From: Octopus vulgaris
Taxonomy: Eukaryota
DNA: 64,000 nucleotides
Reading direction: 5' to 3'
NCBI GenBank assembly: GCA_951406725.2
Contig: OX597833.1
Location: 5,022,001 to 5,086,000, forward strand
Made by a program: the position numbers and the translations under genes. The notes below the pieces were generated by a model that saw nothing but the letters and a program-made list of their open reading frames with translations, was not told where the DNA came from and did not search any database. The stretch's first letter is position 1; every line of letters starts with the position of its first letter. Shown in pieces: positions 54,364 through 64,000 of this stretch.

Positions 54364-54931
54364 TGTTTGGCGGTTCATTTTAGTAAGTCGAGGTACCATA
54401 CAGCCCTGGTTTTCTTTAGCGAAGGTGCCCATACTCCCTTGGGCTCATGCACTTGCTGCCTGTACAAAGAGCAAACAGATCTCTTACCAAATGTGTTCCA
54501 TAAACAAGCGAACACCATGTTTGCTTTGATCAAAAGGAATCGTAACCGAAGACGTTCCAGTCGTGACTACACCCTACGTTTGTGTTGTTTCAGTTAACCT
54601 CTGACCAAAAGTGCTTCAGTTATTTTCGGCTGCGAGAGAAACGGAAATAAGCGAGGTATTATGTCACCCGGTGATCGTACACGGGGTGACATAATACCGC
54701 GGAGTACGTTATTAGATGGAGCTACTCAAGAAAGAAAACGCGCGATTCTCCGAGATAATAGTTGTTATTAAGAACATATTTCCGCGTGTGTTGGTCACGT
54801 CGCTCCTGAACTAAGCTGTGTGGTTAGTATTTCACGCAACACTGAATGAAAAACAATCCGCACCCAGAGACGAGGTTTGCGACATTCCTTTCTTTCTTTC
54901 TGCCTGACTGATTGTCTTTCTTCCTCTCTCT

Positions 54932-54987
<56 letters not shown>

Positions 54988-55035
54988 ACACACAAACACA
55001 GCACAACACATACAAGTGTCTTTCTGTTTGTGTGG

Positions 55036-55213
<178 letters not shown>

Positions 55214-55231
55214 ATGTGTGTGTGTGTGTGT

Positions 55232-55618
55232 GTGGAGGCGCAATGGCCCAGTGGTTAGGGCAGCGGACTCGCGGTCATAGGATCGCGGTTTCGATTCCCA
55301 GACCGGGCGTTGTGAGTGTTTATTGAGCGAAAACACCTAAAAAGCTCCATGAGGCTCCGACAGGGGATGGTGGTGATCCCTGCTGTACTCTTTCACCACA
55401 ACTTTCTCTCACTCTTTCTTCCTGTTTCCGTTGTACCTGTATTTCAAAGGGCCGGCCTTGTCAGTCTCTGTGTCACGCTGAATATCCCCGAGAACTACGT
55501 TAAGGGTACACGTGTCTGTGGAGTGCTCAGCCACTTGCACGTTAATTTCACGAGTAGGCTGTTCCGTTGATTCGGATCAACCGGAACCCTCGTCGTCGTA
55601 ACCGACGGAGTGCTTCCA
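55232..55618 (+). mobile_element. SINE family B, full length
   Basis: Homology to 53705-54092. Confidence 0.88.
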
Positions 55619-55620
55619 TC

Positions 55621-55782
<162 letters not shown>

Positions 55783-55804
55783 GTATGTATGTATATATAA
55801 TATA

Positions 55805-56015
55805 CAGTCATCTCTCGCCATATCGCGGTTTACTATTTAAGCTTACGTCGATTCCTCCCTGGTGGTGTTTTGCATTTATAAGAAAATAAATACATGCAAA
55901 ATATATAAATAATAATGATAAAATATACAGTACGGTGCTGTTTGTATTTCGCGGATTTTCGCCTATCGCGGGGAGTTTTGGAACGTAACACCCGCGATAG
56001 TTAACGGATTGCTGC
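55805..56015. mobile_element. Tigger/pogo-like MITE
   Basis: TA|CAGTCATCTCTCGCCATATCGCGG start; internal TATCGCGG and CCCGCGATA repeats. Confidence 0.5.
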
Positions 56016-56244
56016 TTATATATATATTTTAGAGAGGCCACACGCTAGAGAAGCCTTATGCGAGCAGGTTTTGGTATCTGACGATATGCCGTAAAGCTGA
56101 GAGCTTTATGGACTTGAAATCCAGGGCAATGCCATAACCAGGCTTTATCTTCTAACTTTATTTATATTACGTACGCACACACTCACACACACACACACAC
56201 ACACGAAAACAGACACACACATGCACATACACATAGATACACAC

Positions 56245-56333
56245 ACATATATGATAAAAATTTCGGGCCTTGTGCTCAGAGTAAATACGATTAAAAAAAT
56301 ATCAAAAGTTAAAATTTCGCGTGCGGCAGTGGG

Positions 56334-56400
<67 letters not shown>

Positions 56401-56606
56401 TGCACATAGACACACACACACACACACACACACACAGATACACACACACATACACACAGATACACACACACACACACACACACGCACATACACACAGATA
56501 CACACACACACACACACATATATAATAAAAATTTCGGGCCTTCTGTTGAGAGTAAATACGATTTAAAAAAAAATTAAGAGTTAAAATTTCGCGTGCGGCA
56601 GTGGCC
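56245..56606. repeat. Direct duplication of ~90 bp separated by (CA)n
   Basis: ATAAAAATTTCGGGCCTT...AAAATTTCGCGTGCGGCAGTGG occurs twice. Confidence 0.8.
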
Positions 56607-56892
56607 CCCCCACACACACACACAAACACGGTACACACACGCACACACGCACAGGTAACATAAGTTCGTGTGTTTGTGTGTTATCGAGCTAGCGACAACC
56701 TATATTCCGGTAAATCTAGGACATAATGTGCTGCAGTGTTAGAGTGTGTGTGTGTGTGTGTGTTAGGTGCGTCTGTACTAAGCCGTCTTGTGATTGTGAC
56801 GAAACTTTTCATGCAACTCAATAAACCGGAATTAGACAAAAGTCGATTGGTCGTAAGATTCTCAGCCAGGTCGGAGTGGCAGCTGTTGCTCT

Positions 56893-57545
56893 CTCTTCTT
56901 CTTCTTCTTCTTCTTCTTCTTCTTCTTCTTCTTCTTCTTCTTCTTCCTCCTCCTCCTCCTCCTCCTCCTCCTCTGTCTTCTTCTTCTTCTTCTTCTTCTT
57001 CTTCTTCTTCTTCTTCTTCTTCTTCTTCTTCTTCCTTTTCTTCTTCTTCCTCCTCCTCCTCCTCCTCCTCTGTCTTCTTTTTCTTCTTCTTCTTCTTCCT
57101 CCTCCTCCTCCCCCTCTGTCTTCTTCTTCTTCTTTTCTTCTTCTTTCCTCTTCTTTCTTCTTCTTCTTCTTTCCTCTTCTTTCCCTTCTTTTTCTTCTTT
57201 TTCTTTGTTGTTTTTTCTTCTTTTTCTCCTTCTTCTTCTTCTTCTTCCTCCTCCTCCTCCCCCTCTGTCTTCTTCCTCTTCTTTTCCTCTTCTTTCCCTT
57301 CTTTTTCTTCTTTTTCGTTGTTGTTGTTTTTCTTTTTCTCCCTCTTTTTCTTTTCCTCCACCGCTTCCTCCTCCTCCTCTTCCTCTGCTTTCTTCTTCTT
57401 CTTCTTCTTCTTCTTTTCCTTCTTTTCCTTCTTCATTTTCTTCTTTTTCGTTGTTGTTGTTGCTGTTGTTCCTCTTCTTTTTCTCCCCCTCCTCCTTTTT
57501 CTTCTCCTCCTCATCCTCCTCCCCTCCTTCTTCTTCACCTCCTTT
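56893..57545. repeat. Polypyrimidine (CTT/CCT)n compound microsatellite
   Basis: Seen directly; explains the poly-E/K/R and poly-S/F/L ORFs. Confidence 0.95.
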
Positions 57546-57868
57546 CGCTCAAGCACACACACACACACGCACGCGCACATATACACCCCGGCATAACGCC
57601 ATCGTCCAGAATCTCGGATGTTGTCGCACATCGCTGGTCACAATCCACTTTGCTCTGTTTTACTCCACGAATGACTCCACCCCGTCGGCCTGGTCGAGCA
57701 GCCCAACATTCCTTCAGTCCAATGACATTTTTAGTGTACACGAACGTGTGAAATGTAAATGTACACGGCCTTCGTTTAATCCTCACTGCTTAGCCGCAGG
57801 TTTTCGATTAATCTCAAACTAACACACCTGTACACGTAATAATATAGATTTCTTTGTCTTTGTAGAAG

Positions 57869-57955
57869 ATGGCTAATTTGTTCCTGACACAGCTTCGGAT
57901 GTTGATAAAGCGAAATTTCTATATAAGAATTCGTGAAAAGAAGATGCTTATCATG
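57869..57955 (+). CDS. ABCA5: ABC transporter subfamily A (ABCA5-like), first coding exon
   Basis: tttgtag|AAG ATG; MANLFLTQLRMLIKRNFYIRIREKKMLIM fits the ABCA N-terminal Q-L-x-x-L-x-x-(K/R)N-x4-R motif; |gtaagt, phase 0. Orthology to ABCA5 is inferred from recalled colinearity. Confidence 0.8.
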
Positions 57956-58249
57956 GTAAGTATACTGTTATTCTGAAGCTACACCGCGCCACACACACAT
58001 ACACGTATACATATAGATACTGATACACACGTACATGTAGTTGTACACATAGATGTACACACGCACACAGACATACATATACACGTGCGCACTCACCTGT
58101 GCATATATACACAGACACACATATATACATTCATATATGCACAACCAGTGGGGGTTGTTGTCTGTGCTTATACTCTTTTATAAAACAAGGAGTCCTCACT
58201 GGATTCAGGATGCTGGTCTGCTTGCGGTTCAGCAATAGGGTTCATATTA

Positions 58250-58500
58250 AATGAATTTTTTTTCTCATTGTGAGAAGTACAGTTTGGTGGGCGTATCCTT
58301 CAACCAAAAGTTGTTTACTTTTTAACAGTGTATGTTTTTACAACTTGGAAAGCTGTATTTCAAGTGTTCACATGAAGTGAAAATTTTTTCTCATTGTGAG
58401 AAGTATAGCTTGGTGACGCATCCTGCCACCGAAAGTCGTTCGCTGTCTGTAAATAGTGTGTATTCTTACAACTACATTGGAAAGCTGTATTTCAAGTGGA
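58250..58500. repeat. Diverged tandem duplication of ~125 bp
   Basis: TTTTCTCATTGTGAGAAGTA...TTGGAAAGCTGTATTTCAAGTG occurs twice. Confidence 0.7.
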
Positions 58501-58740
58501 GCAGTCCAGGTTCTAATTGGAGTACCATAAGGGCTTGGAGTACCTGAATGCCCAGAAGATTCCCTTTTTTTATGTTAACTGTTGTTTTTTTCTTCTATTG
58601 TGACTTTTTTTTTTTTGAACTGTTTGCTTTTTTCTTCTTCACTTTTGTTTCCTTTTGAATTCTCTCTTTCCCTTTTTGTGAACTATTGTTTTAGACTGCA
58701 ATAATAAATCTTTGAACGAGATGTAAACAGTAACTGCTCG

Positions 58741-58944
58741 ACAACGTAAAGTATACTAGCCATCTCAATATGGTTAACCACTAAGGGTGGGTGTTACTGT
58801 AGCTTTTAGCCCCAGGAGATCATAAGGGCACAGAAAGTGTGCATAAAGCCAGCTGGAGACGATGATCTCCTGGGGCTAAAAGCTACAGTAACACCCACCC
58901 TTAGTGGTTAGCCATATTGAGATGGCTAGTATACTTTACGTTGT
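58741..58944. mobile_element. MITE-like fold-back with ~83-bp near-perfect arms
   Basis: One visible mismatch; shares blocks with 42677-42964. Confidence 0.8.
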
Positions 58945-58974
58945 TTTAGACTTTTTTATTTTTTAATTTAAAAC

Positions 58975-59580
58975 ATGGCAAAAAATACGGAAAAGATTGT
59001 AGAGTGGGAGATTGTCCCATCTAAGGAGTGGCTCAGATAGTAAGAGGAGAGAACGGTGGTGTTGAGAACGTATTCGAAGGTTCTCGACACCATTACCGTC
59101 TTCTTCAAGCAGATGATTGAGCAGGAGTTGGCGAATCATCTGTCAACCATTAAGTATATCTCTAGGGGAGTCAAACATGCGACGGTGTGGTTGCTGTTTG
59201 ACACCCCAGACGAGGCTCGCAGTTCTGCGAGCCAGCCCGTTGGGGGTAAAGAAATTTTGTTTCTTCCCACTTATTGCGGGAAAAATTGACTAGGGCCTGG
59301 ACCTGTGGTTTGCCATCCGGAATTGAACCACAGTGGATAGAGGGTCCTATCCGTCGGGATCTGGGTGGCAGCGGAGCCAGGCTCCTCAATGTGAAAATTC
59401 TTACTGCGGCTGATTGGGTTTGGTCAAAAGCTGTTTTGACCCTGTGGACCCAATCAGCCATGAATCTGGTTATGCCAGATTTTTTTCTAAAAGGCCGGGT
59501 GCAGGCACCCGGTGATTCTTGAGGGTCTCACCCCTCCCCAATGTCATCGGTGTTTGGAGCCTGGCCAAGCAAAGTCATGG
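58975..59580 (+). pseudogene. Degenerate ORF1/gag-like protein of an L1/Tx1-type LINE
   Basis: MAKNTEKIVEWEIVP...(stop)...FLPTYCG/...VILEGLTPPQCHRCLEPG ends in an eroded CCHC zinc knuckle; stops and frameshifts. Confidence 0.45.
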
Positions 59581-60010
59581 AGCAGTAAATTTTTCCCACA
59601 ATAAGTGGGAAGAAACAATAAGCTTCTTAAAAAAACAATAACATGCAATAAACATTAAACATTATACAATAAATATTATAACGCTGAGGCTTTTCAACTT
59701 CTTGTCATTATTCCTCCCCAACATCGCTTGTGCCCGTATACTCCACCATCCCCCACGCCTCATTCAAGACCAAGGCGGGATCCGAGCCGGCGTCGCCCGG
59801 CCACAAGCGATATTCCGCATTGAGTCCCTGCAGCCTACACGGTTCATTTACCTCGTTTTGAGAATAATGTTTTAGAGAAGCAAAATGTCGGCGGGCGTTT
59901 TTTGTCTTCTCCCATTAATACCATCCTCATCATCATTCACCTCATCAATGTTTTTGTCCAGCCTGCAGGCTACTCTGTATCATTCCTTTATGGCAAAACT
60001 TTTGAAATAA

Positions 60011-60150
60011 AGTAGCATGCTTACCAACTACATGGTTCCGGGTTCAGTCCCACTGTGTGGAACCTTGGGCAAGTGTCTTCTACTATAACCTCGGGCCTAC
60101 CAATGTCTTGTGAGTTGATTTGGTAGATGGAAACTGTAAGAAGCCCGCTG

Positions 60151-60207
<57 letters not shown>

Positions 60208-60305
60208 TGTGTGTATGTGTGTGTGTATGCTTGTGTGAGTGTGTGTGTATGTTTGTATGTCTGTGTTTCTCACCCCACCACACCATGGCTTGACAACCGA
60301 TGTTG
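60011..60305 (+). mobile_element. SINE family A, partial
   Basis: Homology to the family A head and middle. Confidence 0.7.
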
Positions 60306-60348
60306 CTGTACACTCATGTCTGTTCTATATATAAAAGATGAAGAATTA

Positions 60349-60440
60349 TGTACATTATTTACATTTCATGAAGGCTGGAGGGTATATCAGCCGAAACAAA
60401 CAAGATGAGGACAAATATCCGTCAAATGTAAATAATGTAA
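60349..60440 (+). other. Collapsed hammerhead-bearing repeat remnant
   Basis: TTTACATTT-CATGAA-GGCTG(GAGGGTATAT)CAGCC-GAAAC...GTC-AAATGTAAA; the core has lost bases. Confidence 0.35.
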
Positions 60441-60557
60441 ATAATGCACACTCGGTTTTTCTGTTTCTATTTTTGTAGAATTTATTTGTTGCTATTTTCA
60501 AGACGAGGTTTGCCCTAAGATATCTCTGTTTTCATTATCGTTTTTCTCCCATTAAAG

Positions 60558-60924
60558 GATATTCTCTCTCCTGTCATCTACATGGTGGCTCTAATTGCTA
60601 TCATGAAATTCATTCGGCCAAAAGTTCTTCCGGCAATGCCACTTTCAACACCAGCTCCAATCACACCGGCAGAATTCAAGAATATTCTATACATGCCAGA
60701 CACGAAAGAAACAAAAACTATCATAGACAGCCTTAGCCAGACATTTGGGAAGAATACAAGTTTTACTCCCACGGATAATATCGATGACATGGTGCAGAAA
60801 TATAAAGAGCTACAAGGCAATACGGTGGGAGTAGTGTTCGATAACCTCAACAGCAGTACCAAAGTGACGTATTCGCTCCGCTTTCCCGATGGCTCGGTCC
60901 CAGATAAAACGTCTGGTGTATTTG
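60558..60924 (+). CDS. ABCA5: ABCA5-like second coding exon (TM1 and start of extracellular domain 1)
   Basis: ctcccattaaag|GAT is in frame with exon 1; DILSPVIYMVALIAIM (TM1)...YMP...VGVVF...TYSLRF; G|gtgagt, phase 1. Confidence 0.85.
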
Positions 60925-61010
60925 GTGAGTACTAAAAATTTGTTTTACAAACACGCATTTGCACTCACACTGATATATGCTCTGAAATATATATTTAAGA
61001 TACATAACTA

Positions 61011-61264
61011 TTGGGTTGGTGCAGAATTATTGCGGCTTTTCCTTTTTTATTTCTACAAATTTTATTCAACAAAAACAATAACAATATTTAACAAAAACAT
61101 CTTTAAGTGACGGTCTGACCGTCTGCTAAGCAAATGAGAAGTAGTAATTGAAGTAGATGGTGAATATGCCCCGGAATAATCGTTTAAAGATGTTTTTTGT
61201 TACAAGTTTTTGTTGAATAAAATTTGCTGAAAAACAAAGCCGCAATAGTTATGCCTCAATCCAA
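61011..61264 (+). mobile_element. Mariner-derived non-autonomous element
   Basis: TA|TTGGGTTGGTGCAGAATTATTGCGGCTTT resembles the Hsmar1/MADE1 TIR; reciprocal end AAAGCCGCAATAGTTATGCCTCAATCCAA|TA; inner remnant VVIEVDGEY* of the transposase C-terminus. Confidence 0.65.
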
Positions 61265-61365
61265 TAAAAATGGTGATAGTGACTTCGAAGTTTAGACCTG
61301 CTCATCTTTATCGGACTCTCTCTCTCTCTCTCTCTCTCCAAATCTGTCTATATATATATATGTGC

Positions 61366-61422
<57 letters not shown>

Positions 61423-61853
61423 CATGTATCGATGTATGCATACATAAAAAAAAAGATTTCCTTCTCAAGCCATGCCGACTCAAAAGGACCGCTTTACCGG
61501 TTTCAAACCACTGGGCCATTGCGCCTCCCCTATAACCGATAGTAACCTTAAAGCTTTGGTGGATGGAGCTTGGTCTCTGCCGCATCTTTTCCGTAGTAGC
61601 TACATATTTTCCTATGTCCAGAATGTCATCATGTGCAGAGGTTTTTTTTATTAAAAAGCTTTATGTCGCCGATATAACGAGAGGACATTACTAGGAATAT
61701 GGATCTTTATGTTACGCAATATTTGAGTTGTTCATTCGACCATGTCATGAAGCGGTTGACTTACATCTCCAGCAAAGCCAACGTCAATCACTGCACGGTT
61801 CTCTGGGTTTTAGAATCTATTATTAACTTGAAATATATATCTCCGTACGTCTA

Positions 61854-62193
61854 GGCGTAGGAGTGGCTGTGTGGTAAGTAGCTTGCTAACCAACCACATG
61901 GTTCTGGGTTCAGTCCCACTGCGTGGCATCTTGGGCAACTGTCTTCTGCTATAGCCCCGGGCCGACCAAAGCCTTGTGAGTGGATTTGGTAGACGGAAAC
62001 TGAAAGAAGCCTGTCGTATATATGGATGTGTGTGCGTGTGTGTTTGTTCCCCTAGCATTGCTTGACAACCGATGCTGGTGTGTTTACGTCCCCGTCACTT
62101 AGTGGTTCGGCAAAAAGAGACTGATAGAATAAGTACTGGGCTTACAAAAAGAATAAGTCCCGGGGTCGATTTGCTCGACCAAAGGCGGTGCTC
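61854..62193 (+). mobile_element. SINE family A, 3'-truncated
   Basis: Homology to family A; further degenerate pieces follow to about 62830. Confidence 0.8.
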
Positions 62194-63383
62194 CGCCGGA
62201 ATTCGGATTCAGTACGGCTGCGCAGTGCCGTTAGCATGTCGGGCAAGTGTCTTCTATTATAGCACCGGGTTTACCAATGCTTTGTGAGCGGATTTGAGGG
62301 ACGGAAACAGAAAGAAGCCCGTCGCGTACACGCACAACACACACACACACACACACATACACACACACATACCAACACCAGGATTTATTTTTAAAGCCTA
62401 GTACTCATTCTATTAGTTTCTTTTGCCGAACCGATAAGTTACGGGGACGTAAACACACCAGCACCGGTTGCCGACCGGTGATGGGGGACAAACACAGGCA
62501 CGCACGCACACGCACACACACACATCATGTAACAGACCAGACTATCGGGGGTTGTTCTACATCGCTCATCACAATGCGCTTTGCCCCATTTTAGCCATCG
62601 CGTAATACCACCCCGTGTGTGCGTACGCGCATTGAGTTTGTCCCCTACTACAACATGACAACTGCTGTTGGTTTGTTTACGTTTCCGTACCTTGGCGGTT
62701 TAGAAAAGGAGACGATATAAATAGATACGAGACTTAAAAAGAAAGCAAGTAACGGTGTCCATTTGTTCCACCGAAGCCTTCAAGGCGGTGCCCCAGCATG
62801 GCCGCAGATTAATGAGTGAAACAGGTGAAAGACAAAGGATCCATTTTGTGTTGAATCCATGCTGCTTCCAACACCATGTACCATCGTCTTACCGAGTTTT
62901 GGATGGATTAAATCCATTTCTGCCATCGGTCAATGGCCCCTTTCTTTACTGCCACAACAATGGCGGACGGTCTGCCTTGTTTTGTCCACGTGACTAACAA
63001 GTCTCAACTGGTTGATATCAACACCGCAAAACCCTATATCACTCTCGCTAATTATCTCCACACACATCTCTACTGTGTAATCAATACCAGTCGGTGGCTA
63101 TAGTGATATTACATCCACGCATTTATGATGCAATCCGTAAGGAGATAAGGACACTTGCAAATATTGATTTTGCTGGGAAGCTATTGAGTGCTGTCACAGA
63201 TACAAGGCGACATTTCTGCTAGGAAGTGTACGATCAGTCAGAGACTCTTTGGCAGCGACATTGTTGTGTCTTTAAAGTAAAGACTGTTTGCCAACGTTAG
63301 GTTGGCAAATAGCCTTTCGCGTGTGTACCGTTGACGATTTTTTTTCCTCTGTCTTCCCTTCTCTGGATCTTTCCTTCTCCTAT

Positions 63384-63418
63384 GTTTCCGACGAAGAGCT
63401 CGGCTCGAAACGTTAAAC
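63384..63418 (+). ncRNA. Minimal (Penelope-type) hammerhead motif, U4 changed to C
   Basis: GTTT-CCGACGA-A-GAGC(TCG)GCTC-GAA-ACGT-T-AAAC in a pyrimidine-rich segment that ends at (TA)n. Confidence 0.55.
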
Positions 63419-63517
63419 CCTCCTTCTTCCCTTCCTTCGTGAGCGTCTAATAATACTTTATTTGTTCCACGTCCTCGCGTTGTTGTGTTTTCTCTTTGTG
63501 TTTTCATGTTTGGATTA

Positions 63518-63605
<88 letters not shown>

Positions 63606-63806
63606 TATACATCTCTCTTTATATATATATACATATATATACATCTCTCTTTCTCTCTCTTTCTTTCTATATATATATATATAGATAGATAAATAAATAT
63701 AGGGATGGTATTATTCAAATACCATCACAAGTGGCAAGCGAATTATCAGCCGTACAGGCAAATTAATAAAATATGTACATACAATATTAGATATGTACAT
63801 ATATAC

Positions 63807-63882
63807 ACAAGGGTACTACATGGGTACCTATATCGCGAATGATAGGTCATTAGTGATATAGGTACTCATGTAATACCCTTGT
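63807..63882. repeat. Short fold-back with GGGTACT termini
   Basis: ACAAGGGTACTACATGGGTACCTATATC / GATATAGGTACTCATGTAATACCCTTGT. Confidence 0.75.
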
Positions 63883-63899
63883 ATATATATATATATTCT

Positions 63900-64000
63900 T
63901 TTGCTCTTTTACTTGTTTGAATCATCTGACTGTGGCCATGCTGGGGCATCGTCTTGGAGGGTTTTAGCCGAATGAATCAACACCGGGATTTATTTTTAAA
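63900..64000 (-). mobile_element. SINE family A tail (diverged, runs off the window)
   Basis: CTCTTTTACTTGTTT...GGCCATGCTGG. Confidence 0.6.

Noticed and set aside
56681-57822. Long E/K/R-rich and S/F/L-rich ORFs
   Set aside because: Translation of (CTT/CCT)n

Overview
AT-rich, microsatellite-saturated eukaryotic DNA. The tRNA-derived SINE families and repeat landscape look like an Octopus (coleoid cephalopod) genome; this is an inference. Nearly all listed ORFs are translated microsatellites. Real host coding content is three 3' exons of an SLC22-like organic cation/anion transporter (+, 13158-17216) and the first two coding exons of an ABCA5-like ABC transporter (+, 57869-60924). The rest is at least three SINE families, TAA-targeting R4/Dong-type LINE tails, CRE-, RTE-, L1/Tx1- and Penelope-like remnants, two Helitron-like elements, and Tc1/mariner/pogo/hAT-type elements. 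Three observations stand out. (1) About nine type I hammerhead-ribozyme motifs, most in short segments beside (TA)n or related microsatellites. They include a 118-bp perfect palindrome with one hammerhead per strand and natural C3-G8, U3-A8 and G3-C8 core variants. (2) Several long fold-back elements with shared terminal motifs. (3) An in-frame A_AAA_AAC slippery heptamer in the last SLC22 coding exon, whose -1 frame stays open through a splice donor and a downstream candidate exon.
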